A stretch of DNA of 64,000 nucleotides from Candidatus Woesebacteria bacterium RBG_13_46_13 (GCA_001791995.1 MGFR01000003.1:89543-153542), one strand, 5' to 3'. Shown: positions 10,003 through 20,267, counted from the first letter of the stretch. Notes: a model not told the origin generated them from the letters alone. Program-made: numbers and translations.

Positions 10003-11667
10003 TTAAGCGTATAAAGGCTCAAGTATGTTTCTGCCCGACATTGCCGAAGGTGGGGTCAAACCCAAGAGGTTAAGAATCGTTGGAGCTACATCGGCCAAAA
10101 TTCCGGCAGGCAGAACCTGGGGACGACCGATTAGGTCCTTGGATATAACGATAAAGGGGACAGGATTGGCGTTATGTTCGGTATCAATCTCGCCGGTGTG
10201 GGTATTAATCATTTCTTCGGCATTGCCGTGATCGGCGGTTATGATCAGAATTCCCTCGTAGGCCAGAACGAAACTGGCGATTTTCCCGATACACTCATCC
10301 ACCACTTCGCAACCCTTGCTGGCGGCCCCGATATTGCCGGTGTGACCTACCATGTCTGGATTGGCAAAATTGACCAAAATAAACGAATAGTCGATGGAAT
10401 TTCTTAATCTCGAAAGCAATTTAGCCGTAAGTTCCCTGGCGCTCATTTCCGGCAAAAGATCGTAGGTGGCTACTTTTGGCGAAGAAACGATATCCCGTTC
10501 TTCTCCCGGAAAAGCAGCTTCCTGCTGGCCATTGAAATAAAAAGTTACAAATCGTTCTTTCTCCGATTCGGACATTCTTAGCTGTTTGAGGTTATGTTCC
10601 GAAATTACTCTACCTAAAGGCATTTCCACGATTTCGGGGGGAAAGGAGACCTTCACCCCGGCTGCCACCAAAGGCTTGGCATACTCGGTCATACTGGCGA
10701 AGTAAAGATTATTCAGAGACGGACCCCTTTGAAAAGAAGACTGGGTTTTGGGCTCTACAGACAAATGGGATTTGGTATATTTGACCAGGTAGGGGTCAAA
10801 CCCCCAGCTTATTGATTCCGGATTAAAATCCTTGAAAACAAAAGCGCTGGTTAATTGCCTCGGCCTGTCGATTCTGAAATTGAAGAAAATTACCGAATCG
10901 TTATCGGCAATCGTAGCCACTGGTTTTCCGTCGGTTCCCGCAATCAGACATGGTTCTATAAATTCATCCGTCTTGCCTTGCGAATAGGAAGTTTGGATAG
11001 CCTGTTCGTAACTGGTTACCAAATTTCCCTGTCCTTGGGTAAGAGCCGCATAAGCCTTGGCCGTTCTTTCCCAACGAAAATCACGATCCATTGCCCAGTA
11101 ACGTCCCATTACGGAGGCAATAACACCAGTACCAGCCTTTGCTGCAACATCGGCGATGCTTTTTATATAGATAGTTGCCGAGGTTGGAGGAGAATCTCTG
11201 CCGTCGGTAAATAAATGCAGAAAGACGTTCTTAAATCCTTCTCTTTTGGCCAGCTGAATTAAAGCAAAAAGGTGAGATATGTCGGAATGAACCCCCCCTG
11301 CACCCACCAATCCCATCAAGTGCAGCCTGGAGTTGTTTCTTTTAGCGTGATTGATGGCCTCCAGAAGTACGGGGTTTTTGAAAAAGGACCCATCGGCTAT
11401 CGACATGTTTATCCTGGCCAAATCCTGATATACGATTCTGCCCGCCCCCAGGTTAAGATGTCCTGTTTCGGTATTACCGGCCTCTCCCCGGGGCAAACCT
11501 GCCGCTTCACCCGAAGCCACCAGTTGGGTATGGGGATAAGAAGCCGTAAAACGGTTAATGTTGACGGTATTGGCCAAGGAAATGGCATTGCCGGGACCGG
11601 GTGAAGCCAGACCCCATCCGTCCAGAACCGCCAAGCAAACGAATTTTGCAGGTTGGGGAGAAATCAT
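10003..11667 (-). CDS. gpmI: 2,3-bisphosphoglycerate-independent phosphoglycerate mutase (iPGM)
   Basis: 554 aa. Metalloenzyme/iPGM motifs (LAVLDGWGL ; ADHGNAEEM). Confidence 0.9.
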   Translation of the reverse strand: MISPQPAKFVCLAVLDGWGLASPGPGNAISLANTVNINRFTASYPHTQLVASGEAAGLPRGEAGNTETGHLNLGAGRIVYQDLARINMSIADGSFFKNPVLLEAINHAKRNNSRLHLMGLVGAGGVHSDISHLFALIQLAKREGFKNVFLHLFTDGRDSPPTSATIYIKSIADVAAKAGTGVIASVMGRYWAMDRDFRWERTAKAYAALTQGQGNLVTSYEQAIQTSYSQGKTDEFIEPCLIAGTDGKPVATIADNDSVIFFNFRIDRPRQLTSAFVFKDFNPESISWGFDPYLVKYTKSHLSVEPKTQSSFQRGPSLNNLYFASMTEYAKPLVAAGVKVSFPPEIVEMPLGRVISEHNLKQLRMSESEKERFVTFYFNGQQEAAFPGEERDIVSSPKVATYDLLPEMSARELTAKLLSRLRNSIDYSFILVNFANPDMVGHTGNIGAASKGCEVVDECIGKIASFVLAYEGILIITADHGNAEEMINTHTGEIDTEHNANPVPFIVISKDLIGRPQVLPAGILADVAPTILNLLGLTPPSAMSGRNILEPLYA

Positions 11668-11670
11668 TTG

Positions 11671-12942
11671 TTATTTCCTTAAACGGGTAAGCTCAACCTC
11701 AATTGCGGAGAGTCTGTTGTATTTTGCCACCCGTTCGCCTCTGGCCGGAGCGCCGAATTTTGCATAATCTGCCCCAACCCCGACAGCAAAATCCGCGATG
11801 AAATAATCGTTGGTTTCCCCGGAGCGGTGCGAAACAATTATCTTAAAGGCCGCGTCTCTGGCCTGCTTGATAACCTTGATGGTTTCGCTAACCGTTCCTA
11901 TCTGATTTGGTTTAATCAGGATGGAGTTGCAGGCCTTCTCGGCAATTGCTTTCTCAAGTCTTTTGGGGTTGGTTGCCAAAAGGTCATCTCCCACTATGGT
12001 TACAACAGATCCCATGGTCTCCGAAAGTTTTATCCAGCTTTCCCAGCCATCTTCTTGGAAAGGATCTTCAAGTATTGCCAGGTGGTACTGCTCGTTTAGG
12101 CCTTTATAGTACTCAATCATCTGGTTATCCGTCATCGGCGAGGACTTGTCCCGTATCGAATATTCACCGTTCTTGAAAAACGAGTTGGCAGCAACATCCA
12201 ATCCCAAAAATACGTCCCGGCCGATTGAATACTTGGTTTGTCTAATCGCCTCAACAAAAACCTCCAAAGCATCGGCATTGGTAAACAGGTTGGGTGCGTA
12301 GCCGCCTTCGTTGCCGACCGAGTGAATCGCACCCCTTCTGGCCAAATTCTCACCGATAGTTAAGTAAACCTCCACTCCCAACTGAATCCCCTGGCTGAAG
12401 GTTTTGGTTGAGGCCGGGATTACATGGAATTCCTGAAAGTCCAAATTTCCCGCTCCGTGGAGGCCTCCGTTGATCATGTTAAAAAGAGGTGTTGGAATTT
12501 TTAAGGAAGGTTTGAGTCCGATTTTCTGGGATAGATAATTTATCCAGACATAAAGATCAAGTCTGGAAGCCGCGGCTCCGGCCTTGGCCACGGCCATTGA
12601 AATCGCCAGTATTGCATTACCCCCGTATTTTGTCTTGTTCTCGGTACCGTCTAGGGCGTCAAGTTTTTTATCTATTTCTTCCTGGTTCACTGGGTCCATG
12701 CCGATAACTGCCGGACCCAAAACGGTATTGACGTTGGCAACTGCCTTAAGAACTCCTTTGCCCAGGTAGCGGGGATTATCCGTATCCCTTAACTCCAGGG
12801 CTTCGTAGGCACCGGTGGAGGTCCCTGCCGGAACGGAGGCCACCGAAACTGCCCCGGAATCCAGCATGCAGGCCGCCTCCACTGTGGGGATTCCTCTGGA
12901 ATCCAAAATCTCTCTCGCCCATATTTTGGCTATCTTTGCCAT
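11671..12942 (-). CDS. eno: Enolase
   Basis: 423 aa. Enolase signature (ILIKPNQIGTVSET ; SHRSGETND). Confidence 0.95.
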   Translation of the reverse strand: MAKIAKIWAREILDSRGIPTVEAACMLDSGAVSVASVPAGTSTGAYEALELRDTDNPRYLGKGVLKAVANVNTVLGPAVIGMDPVNQEEIDKKLDALDGTENKTKYGGNAILAISMAVAKAGAAASRLDLYVWINYLSQKIGLKPSLKIPTPLFNMINGGLHGAGNLDFQEFHVIPASTKTFSQGIQLGVEVYLTIGENLARRGAIHSVGNEGGYAPNLFTNADALEVFVEAIRQTKYSIGRDVFLGLDVAANSFFKNGEYSIRDKSSPMTDNQMIEYYKGLNEQYHLAILEDPFQEDGWESWIKLSETMGSVVTIVGDDLLATNPKRLEKAIAEKACNSILIKPNQIGTVSETIKVIKQARDAAFKIIVSHRSGETNDYFIADFAVGVGADYAKFGAPARGERVAKYNRLSAIEVELTRLRK

Positions 12943-12943
12943 A

Positions 12944-15205
12944 TTATTTGCCTGACAATACTTTCCTTTCCGCTTCTATTATTACATTTCTAACCCGGTT
13001 TACAGCATCGGGATTTACGGAAATGCTGGTAACGCCGTAGCCGACCAGCTTTTCGACCAGGTCTTCATAAACGGAAGGCGCTTGTCCGCAAATGGATGAG
13101 CTAACCCCCAATTTATTGCACTTCCTGATTACTCTCCTTAAAGACCAAAGCACCGAGGCGGATCGCTCGTCAAAGGCTTTGGCAACCTCCGAATTATCCC
13201 GGTCGGTTCCGAGAAGTAACATTGTCAAATCGTTTGAGCCGACCGAAACCCCCTCAATGCCCACTTTAATAAAATCCTCAATCAGAATTACGTTTACCGG
13301 TAACTCCACCATCATCCAGAACTTAAAAGTCGGGCTCTCAAAAAATCCTTCTGCGGCTACAATCCTTCTGATGGTGGCCAGCTCTTCGGTTGATCGGACG
13401 AAGGGAACCATCAACCAGAGATTTTTGTATTTCTGACGTACCTTCTTGATGGCTTGAAGTTCCAAGTTAAACACATCGGGATTGGCTACGTAGCGGAAGG
13501 CACCCCTGAAGCCCAAAAGAGGATTCGGCTCTTCCGGCTCCCAGTATTTTCCTCCCGGAAGTGCCCGGTATTCATTGGTTTTAAAATCCGTGGCCCGATA
13601 AACCACGGGTCTGGGCTCAAATGCCTCGCAAAAAGTTTCAATATCGTGAGCCAGTTTGTCAATAAATTTATCCTGCTTTTTGTTTTTGATTGCCTCCTTG
13701 GGATGAATTCCAATGTTGGCAATCATAAACTCGGCTCTTAAAAGTCCTACACCGTCGACATTTAATTTGGATATCTCTTTTGCCCTTTCCGGTTCTCCCA
13801 GATTAACGTAGAGCCTGGTTGCGGTTTTAGTCTGAGTCGGTTTAACCTCTTTTTCCTCTTTAACAACGTGTGCGACTTTACTGCCCAGGAAAACCTGGCC
13901 GGCGTCACCATCGACCGTAACAATTGAGCCAGCTTTCAATTCACTTGTGGCCATTTTGGTCCCCACCACACAGGGAATTCCCAGCTCTCGGGAAACGATG
14001 GCAGCATGCGACGTTTGTCCCCCTTGATCGGTGACGATGGCAACGGCCTTCCTCATGGCCGGAACAAAATCGGGTGAGGTCATCGGGGCAACTAGGATAT
14101 CTCCTTTTTGCACCTTTTCGATTTCCTTGGCTGTTTTGATGATTGTAACCGGCCCTGAGGCGGTCCCGGGGGAAGCGGGAGTTCCGGTTAAGATTGAGGT
14201 TAAGGCGGAGGTATAGTCCTGGCCTTTAGCCTCGACCGCCTTTTTGGTGGTAGTAACCGGTCTGGTCTGGACAAGATAGAGATTCTTGCCTTCTTTTGCC
14301 CATTCCGCGTCCTGGGGAAAATAGTAGTGTTTTTGCAGGGCCTCGGCGATTTTCGCCAGCTTAACAATCTCCTCGTCGCTAATCTTTTGCCTGTCGCGTA
14401 TTTTTGGCGGCACATCTCTTTGGCTGGTTTCAGTTCCCTTTTTAATAAGCTGAACCGACTGGTCGGAAACCTGTTTGGAAAGAATCGCGTAAGTTCCTTT
14501 TTGAACAACATACCTATCCGGAACAACCTGACCCTGAACGATCATTTCGCCCAAACCCCAAACCGCTTCGATAACAATCCTGTCTTTTTCGTTGGTTACT
14601 GGTTCGATGGAAAACATTACACCGGAGACCTCCGATTGAACCATTTTTTGGACGATAACCGAGATTTTGACCTTCTCGTGGGGTACTTTGTTCTCAACCC
14701 GATAAAATATCGCCCGGGGGGTAAAAAGCGAAGCCCAGCATTTTCTGGTGGCGTTTAAGAGGTTTGCCTCCCCTTGAATGTTAAGCAGTGTCTCCTGCTG
14801 TCCGGCGAAAGAGGCTTCGGGAAGATCCTCGGCAGTTGCCGAAGAACGTACGGCCACCAAGGCTTTCCTTAAGGGACCGGAAAGTCTCTTGTATGATTTA
14901 ATTGTGGCATCCGCTACTTCTTTGGGAATTTCTCCCGAAAGGATAAGTTTTTGGATGGTTTTGGAAGCGTGGTTAAGCTGTTGCGGGTCGTTGTGGTCGG
15001 TAGTTTTTAAGATTCGGGTGACTTCTTGCAACAGATTGTTTTGTCCAAGAAATAAATCATAGGCTACAACAGTTATGGCAAAACCGTTGGGTACTGGAAA
15101 ACCCGAATTGGCCATCTCGCCCAAATTCGCTCCTTTGCCACCAACCAAGGGGATATCCTCCTTCTGGATATCCTTAAAAAAAGCAATTAAGGGCCGAGCA
15201 GGCAT
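12944..15205 (-). CDS. ppsA: Phosphoenolpyruvate synthase / pyruvate,phosphate dikinase family (PEP-utilising enzyme)
   Basis: N-terminal ATP-grasp (LVGGKGANLGEM), phospho-His domain (GGQTSHAAIVSRELGIPCVVG), C-terminal PEP-binding TIM barrel. 753 aa. Confidence 0.8.
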   Translation of the reverse strand: MPARPLIAFFKDIQKEDIPLVGGKGANLGEMANSGFPVPNGFAITVVAYDLFLGQNNLLQEVTRILKTTDHNDPQQLNHASKTIQKLILSGEIPKEVADATIKSYKRLSGPLRKALVAVRSSATAEDLPEASFAGQQETLLNIQGEANLLNATRKCWASLFTPRAIFYRVENKVPHEKVKISVIVQKMVQSEVSGVMFSIEPVTNEKDRIVIEAVWGLGEMIVQGQVVPDRYVVQKGTYAILSKQVSDQSVQLIKKGTETSQRDVPPKIRDRQKISDEEIVKLAKIAEALQKHYYFPQDAEWAKEGKNLYLVQTRPVTTTKKAVEAKGQDYTSALTSILTGTPASPGTASGPVTIIKTAKEIEKVQKGDILVAPMTSPDFVPAMRKAVAIVTDQGGQTSHAAIVSRELGIPCVVGTKMATSELKAGSIVTVDGDAGQVFLGSKVAHVVKEEKEVKPTQTKTATRLYVNLGEPERAKEISKLNVDGVGLLRAEFMIANIGIHPKEAIKNKKQDKFIDKLAHDIETFCEAFEPRPVVYRATDFKTNEYRALPGGKYWEPEEPNPLLGFRGAFRYVANPDVFNLELQAIKKVRQKYKNLWLMVPFVRSTEELATIRRIVAAEGFFESPTFKFWMMVELPVNVILIEDFIKVGIEGVSVGSNDLTMLLLGTDRDNSEVAKAFDERSASVLWSLRRVIRKCNKLGVSSSICGQAPSVYEDLVEKLVGYGVTSISVNPDAVNRVRNVIIEAERKVLSGK

Positions 15206-15251
15206 TAGTCAATTATAAATTACAATTCACAAATGATAAATGGGGTGAGTC

Positions 15252-16316
15252 TTATAATTTGCTTTTGAAATAATCGACCCAGGGAATCGGAGTCGGGTCG
15301 ATATCGTAAAGAACGGCCAGATACAAACTCACAAAACTTCCAAGTACCAACAGCTCATAAACCTGCTGTAGCTTTGTATCAGATTGCAGTTTATAGACCG
15401 AGGCTCCGACCCCGTTTTGCTCGATAACATCCAGACTCACCGGATACCTCTTTTTAATTTCCGCTGAATACAAATCCGATTCCAGTAAAAGAAAATACAA
15501 GAACTTCTTGGCCAAAGCGGGATTTTTTAAGCCCTCCAAAAGATGGTGGTTCATCTCGGGAATATCGAATAATAGAGAAAAGGTTTTTGAATTTTCGTTT
15601 AATTGGTTTTTGAATGCGTGGCCAGCCCCCACCAGGTGTTCGCTGGCAATAATCACCGGAATTTTATCTTTAAGCTTAAGCGCCAGACTTTTGGCCGAAT
15701 TTTTGTCGTTCGGGCTGTCGGGACCGAAATCGGCCATCAGCTCTCCCATCAAGCGTATTACCCCGACAAAGTCGGAGTGGGTAAAGTCGATAAATTTCAG
15801 TTTGGAAAGAACAGTTGCCACGGCCGTGATTGAATAGCCCAAGCCCATTCTGGGCTGGTTAGAGGGATTTGCGTTTGGGGTAAAAACATAGGCAGGTAAT
15901 TTCTTTTTCTTTAAAATTTCTTCCATTTTGCCGCCAGTGCAAATTCCGAAAACCATAGCTTTTTTGTCAATCGCATCTTCAAGGGCCGAGAGCGTCTCGG
16001 CGGTGTTACCGGAATAGGAGGAAGCAATAACCAAAGTGTTCCGGTTGACGTATTTGGGCAGTGTCGGTTCGGTAAATATCTCCAATGGTGCCCTGATGGT
16101 GCCCAAGGTTAAAGCATCGATTATTCTTCCTCCCAGGGCAGAACCGCCCATGCCGGTAACGACGATATTTTTGGCTTGAGAATATTGTTCGGGGATTTCT
16201 ATTTTGGATACTTCCCTAAAAGCCGCATCTACCTGATGCGGCAAGGCAATTATCGAATCCAATATTCCGCCTTTATCTATTTTTTTGACTGCGTTATGGG
16301 AACTGATGTCGCTCAT
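15252..16316 (-). CDS. Bifunctional phosphoglucose/phosphomannose isomerase (SIS domain)
   Basis: 354 aa. SIS fold motifs (VVTGMGGSALGG ; ASSYSGNTAETL). Confidence 0.75.
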   Translation of the reverse strand: MSDISSHNAVKKIDKGGILDSIIALPHQVDAAFREVSKIEIPEQYSQAKNIVVTGMGGSALGGRIIDALTLGTIRAPLEIFTEPTLPKYVNRNTLVIASSYSGNTAETLSALEDAIDKKAMVFGICTGGKMEEILKKKKLPAYVFTPNANPSNQPRMGLGYSITAVATVLSKLKFIDFTHSDFVGVIRLMGELMADFGPDSPNDKNSAKSLALKLKDKIPVIIASEHLVGAGHAFKNQLNENSKTFSLLFDIPEMNHHLLEGLKNPALAKKFLYFLLLESDLYSAEIKKRYPVSLDVIEQNGVGASVYKLQSDTKLQQVYELLVLGSFVSLYLAVLYDIDPTPIPWVDYFKSKL

Positions 16317-17650
16317 TTTTTGATAACCTGATTAACCAACTCCAATCCTTTCTTTAATAATTCCTCGGCTTCCTCCTTTTTTTTGCTTTCGGCAAAAACC
16401 CTAAATTCGGGGGCGTTTAAGGATGAGCGGAAGAGTATCCAGCTGCCGCCTACCAGCCAAATTTTTAGTCCGTCCGTCTCATCCGTTTTTTCTCCTTTAA
16501 AATTGCTTTTTGCTTCTTGAATGATTTTGTCTTTTAAGCTCCACTCGTATTCTATCTTGTCTCTGGCCAGAAAATACTTTGGTAGGGTGGCGATTAAATC
16601 CGAAAGTTTTGCGCTTTTGGCCGCCAGAATATTTAAAATTTCAACCGTGGTCCTGCCTCCGTCGCGGCTATGCATTTCGGCAAATATCCCTCCGCCGTTG
16701 GCTTCGAAACCGAATGAGGCGCCTACCTCTTTCATCTTTTCCACCACATAGGCGGAGCCGACCTTGGTCCTTAAGACCTTTTTTCCGGCTGCTTCAACCA
16801 CCTGTGAGGTGTTAATGGGGGTAACCACAGAATCTCCCTCGGACTGCCTGGCAATAATTGTTCCCGTATAGTCTCCGGGAATATAATTACCTTTCTCGTC
16901 GATAAAGACCACCCTGTCTCCGTCGGAATCGTAACCTATCCCGAAATCAGCATTCTCGTTAACAACCGTTTCCTGCAGCTCTTTAAAATCTCCCTCAACT
17001 TCCGTGTCTCTGGAGTAAAACACCCCCTGGACGGAAGCGTTTAGCTCAATTACGTTAAGACCCAGCTGTCTTAAAACCCAGGGCGCTACGTCGCTCTGGG
17101 CTCCGTTTCCGGGATCCACAACCACCTTCCAATTGGGGTAAGGCAATTTGGCTTTTGAGACAAGGTATTCCTTGTAAGCAGAAGGGGCAGCGTCATCGGC
17201 AACCATTACTTCGCTTTTGTCCGAATAAGTAACCTGATTCTTAATTTCCCGGTATATTTCGTGAATTTTCGCCTCATGGGCCTTAAGAATTTCTTCCCCG
17301 AATGCAAAAAATTTCAATCCGTTTAAATGGGGTTTGATATGGCTGCCGGAAACCATCGTACTGCCGGCAAAAAAAGGTTGGGCCTTAAGAATATAATTCA
17401 CCGAAGGAATGGGGGTAACCCCCTCGTCGAAGACCTCCCTGCCTTCATAGATCAGACCCGAAGCGTAGGCGGTCTTTATTCTCGGGCTGGATTCGCGCGG
17501 ATCCATGCCGATTGCCACTTGGCCGACGGCTTTTCCTTGGCTCAGAAAGATGGCAAAGGTTCTGCCGATATCAAAACAAAACTGATTGCTAAAAAGTTCT
17601 TTGGCGTCACCCCTTATCCCTGTGGTTCCGAAAAGAGTACCGTCCGGCAT
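16313..17650 (-). CDS. Phosphoglucomutase/phosphomannomutase (alpha-D-phosphohexomutase)
   Basis: GTTGIRG, GYDSDGDR (Mg loop) and sugar-binding motifs. 445 aa. 4-nt overlap with the upstream gene. Confidence 0.85.
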   Translation of the reverse strand: MPDGTLFGTTGIRGDAKELFSNQFCFDIGRTFAIFLSQGKAVGQVAIGMDPRESSPRIKTAYASGLIYEGREVFDEGVTPIPSVNYILKAQPFFAGSTMVSGSHIKPHLNGLKFFAFGEEILKAHEAKIHEIYREIKNQVTYSDKSEVMVADDAAPSAYKEYLVSKAKLPYPNWKVVVDPGNGAQSDVAPWVLRQLGLNVIELNASVQGVFYSRDTEVEGDFKELQETVVNENADFGIGYDSDGDRVVFIDEKGNYIPGDYTGTIIARQSEGDSVVTPINTSQVVEAAGKKVLRTKVGSAYVVEKMKEVGASFGFEANGGGIFAEMHSRDGGRTTVEILNILAAKSAKLSDLIATLPKYFLARDKIEYEWSLKDKIIQEAKSNFKGEKTDETDGLKIWLVGGSWILFRSSLNAPEFRVFAESKKKEEAEELLKKGLELVNQVIKK

Positions 17651-17654
17651 TAAC

Positions 17655-18335
17655 TCATTCTAGTTGGGAGAGGATAATCTGGTCAAGGAGTGGGGCCAGT
17701 TCGTCTTGGGAGGTCTTGGCTTTGATGTCCGCCTCGGCCAGAAGTCCGATGATTTTTTCGATTTGTTCTTTGGAAAACCTTTTTGATTGGCCACCGATCT
17801 TCAAAATTCTCCAGTCCTGGGCGTAGGGTAACTTCGTCAAATTGAGTTTCGCCCAGTATAAATCCCGGACGTGCCGGGACAAAAGAAAGAAAACCCGCTC
17901 AATAGGTTCCTTTTTTAACAGCTCATGGAAAAGCTGGAGAACTTTTACTGAATTGCCGGGATAGAAAGCATCAAGAAAGGCAAAAATTGTCTTGGGAAGC
18001 TTATACTGTTCAACCCGGGCCTTCTTTCCGACCGCTTTCCTGGTGCTTGCGTTCAGAAAACCGTCGTTGAGAATTACCAGCGTCCCGGGAAGTTTCTCCT
18101 GCTCGGCTAGGGCCCACTTGAGTTCTTTACTCGTCAGCTTGGCTCCATTTTCGACAATAAAGAGCCGCTCTCCCTCAAAAAGGCTGGTTTTAGCAAGCTC
18201 CTCCGCGAAGGAAACGGGCCCTCCCGACTCATAATGGAAAATTTGCCAGTTGCGCTTTTTGGCCACCGCCACGAAAGAGGCCAGTCTTTGGCGTAAGGCA
18301 GAATAATCGTCTCCTTCCAGGAATATGATTTTCAT
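17655..18335 (-). CDS. holA: DNA polymerase III delta subunit-like (short HolA)
   Basis: 226 aa. Pattern of a clamp-loader delta N-terminal/AAA-lid (IFLEGDD ... LFIVEN ... LKKEPIERVFFLLSRHVRDL). Shorter than canonical delta, so the call is tentative. Confidence 0.5.
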   Translation of the reverse strand: MKIIFLEGDDYSALRQRLASFVAVAKKRNWQIFHYESGGPVSFAEELAKTSLFEGERLFIVENGAKLTSKELKWALAEQEKLPGTLVILNDGFLNASTRKAVGKKARVEQYKLPKTIFAFLDAFYPGNSVKVLQLFHELLKKEPIERVFFLLSRHVRDLYWAKLNLTKLPYAQDWRILKIGGQSKRFSKEQIEKIIGLLAEADIKAKTSQDELAPLLDQIILSQLE

Positions 18336-18748
18336 TGGATGTATTTTAGATATTGTGCGACTAAATATCTAACCTTGTCGTAAAATTTGTTTTTTCCTCT
18401 TCGGGTATGGGGCAGTAGACTTCCGGAAAAGTTTCTGGGAATGTGGGCTATCTCATGAAGTAGTACCTTGTCCTTTTCCGTCTCCCCCAGCCTATCGAAC
18501 TTTTCCGATATCACCTCGATAATATAGCTTGGTCTGGTACTCAGAGTAATCTGCCAGATTCTGGACAAACCCCAGATTCTGGAGATGGCCCGGGTATTGG
18601 TGCCTTGTGACCTGACGCAATAGATGGATCGTGTGTCAAGCCAGTCTAAATGAAGATTCTTAGCAAGAACGATAACCCTTTTTTTGATATCGGGGGCGGG
18701 GTTCCACTTAACAGCTCTGCCTTTATTCGATTTTGTATACTTCCGCAC
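18332..18748 (-). CDS. Small putative Zn-metallopeptidase (HEIAH motif)
   Basis: 138 aa with LLHEIAHIPRNF (HExxH). Family not assignable by eye. Confidence 0.4.
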   Translation of the reverse strand: MRKYTKSNKGRAVKWNPAPDIKKRVIVLAKNLHLDWLDTRSIYCVRSQGTNTRAISRIWGLSRIWQITLSTRPSYIIEVISEKFDRLGETEKDKVLLHEIAHIPRNFSGSLLPHTRRGKNKFYDKVRYLVAQYLKYIQ

Positions 18749-18977
18749 CTTCCTTGACCTCCGAATCGACTTTTAATCCTACCACATCACCCTTTTTTGC
18801 GGAATCCTTCTTCTCGTGTTCTATTTGGATGGAGGCTACCGCTTGCTCAAAAAGATCTTCTCCTCCCCGTGCGAATTTGATTTTGTCTCCTGCCGAGAGG
18901 GTACCGTCAAGTTCTACTATGGCAACGCCTATTTTGTCGTAATAATGGGTAACTTTTCCTATTTTAAGGTCAGCCAA
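18723..18977 (-). CDS. Small EF-Tu-domain-2-like beta-barrel protein
   Basis: LKIGKVTHYYDKIGVAIVELDGTLSAGDKIKF..GDVVGLKVDSEVKEGAEVYKI resembles translation-factor domain-II barrels. Likely TTG start at 18977 preceded by GGGAGGTGAGGAG, overlapping the ruvC stop by 8 nt. The track ORF extends to 19043. Confidence 0.35.
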   Translation of the reverse strand: MADLKIGKVTHYYDKIGVAIVELDGTLSAGDKIKFARGGEDLFEQAVASIQIEHEKKDSAKKGDVVGLKVDSEVKEGAEVYKIE

Positions 18978-19479
18978 TCTCCTCACCTCCCTTCGAATAA
19001 GTATACGCGTAACAAAGTGCAACTGCCAACGCGTCCGCGGCATTGTCGAAATGGGTTCTTTTTCGAGCCTGGCTTCGGACTTTGGCGCCGAGCACTTTCC
19101 GAAGCGCTTTCTGAACTGCTTTCTTATCTGCCCTGCCGTTACCGGCTATCATCTTCTTAATTGTACCCGGAGCAATCTCGACAACCTCTATTTTGCTTTT
19201 GGCGGCGGCCATCAGCATTACTCCCTGCGCCTGTCCGACCCTCATAGCCGTTTTGGCGTTTGCAGCAAAAAAAAGTCTTTCCATGGCCATAACATCTGGC
19301 TTAAATTCCTCTAAAAGAGATCTTAATTCTTTATGGATATTAATAAGCCTGACTCCGGGGGAGCCGTCCTTGTCGGTTTCTATCAACCCGAAGTTCTCTA
19401 CGCAAATTTTCTTTTTGTTCAGAGTGATAAAGCCGAAGCCTGTTGTTGCAGTTCCAGGGTCTATCCCCAATATTTTCAT
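18970..19479 (-). CDS. ruvC: Holliday junction resolvase RuvC
   Basis: MKILGIDPGTATTGFGFI N-terminus and catalytic acidic residues typical of RuvC. 169 aa. Confidence 0.9.
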   Translation of the reverse strand: MKILGIDPGTATTGFGFITLNKKKICVENFGLIETDKDGSPGVRLINIHKELRSLLEEFKPDVMAMERLFFAANAKTAMRVGQAQGVMLMAAAKSKIEVVEIAPGTIKKMIAGNGRADKKAVQKALRKVLGAKVRSQARKRTHFDNAADALAVALCYAYTYSKGGEEIG

Positions 19480-19493
19480 ATCTAATTATACAA

Positions 19494-20267
19494 CTAAGCG
19501 CCCTGAATATAACCGCTGAAGTTTTTTCTCCTTCTGAGCATTCCTTCACTGGGGTAAAAGTAGGAACAGTAGGCTTCATCATCAAAACAGGTTATCGAAG
19601 TACCCCTAAGATCACCGCTCACGTACTGGATTTTCTCTCTCATCAGGGAAAGGATTTCCTCTGTTGCGTGCAAAAGCAGAATATCCCCTTGTTCTAAAGG
19701 CCAATCGTTTACCAGCCAGCTGGACCCTGCACTCCAGAAATAAGGGGTAAGGTTTTTGTTTTGGCACATGTCCAGAAAATTACTTGTGAATTCTCCGTAA
19801 GGAGCCCTTGCATATCTTTTTACAGCCAGAGAAAAAATGTCCCTTCCCAAGAGCCGTCTGAAAGTCTCAATCCACTCATCGTAGTCTTCGTTCCACTCGC
19901 CCCCGGTCGTTTGCAGCACTGTGCCTTTTTCAGAATGCTCCATCGTATGATAACCGATTGTGTGACCCTCTCGGGCCAGCCTTTTAAATATCTCGGGGTG
20001 GCGGGAATCACAAATTATTGCAGCTCTTCCTACAGGAAAAAATGTCGCCTGAAGATGGCACTGCTTCAATAAATCCAATACACCGACCAAAGAATCAGGC
20101 TCGAAGCAATCATCTATGGTCAGGGCGTAAAGAGGTAAATCCGTTTCTAATTTGCTAATCACCCCGGGAGATCCTCTTTCGACTACTTCAGGTCTCAAAA
20201 CAAAGGACGCCATGCTTAATCCTGAGACTTTTAGGAAATCACGCCTCGAGAGAGCTTCCTTTTCCAT
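19494..20267 (-). CDS. Tat-signal polysaccharide deacetylase (NodB/CE4)
   Basis: N-terminal MEKEALSRRDFLKVSGLSMASFVL twin-arginine signal. NodB motifs (TIDDCFEP ; HTIGYHTMEH). Confidence 0.7.
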   Translation of the reverse strand: MEKEALSRRDFLKVSGLSMASFVLRPEVVERGSPGVISKLETDLPLYALTIDDCFEPDSLVGVLDLLKQCHLQATFFPVGRAAIICDSRHPEIFKRLAREGHTIGYHTMEHSEKGTVLQTTGGEWNEDYDEWIETFRRLLGRDIFSLAVKRYARAPYGEFTSNFLDMCQNKNLTPYFWSAGSSWLVNDWPLEQGDILLLHATEEILSLMREKIQYVSGDLRGTSITCFDDEAYCSYFYPSEGMLRRRKNFSGYIQGA

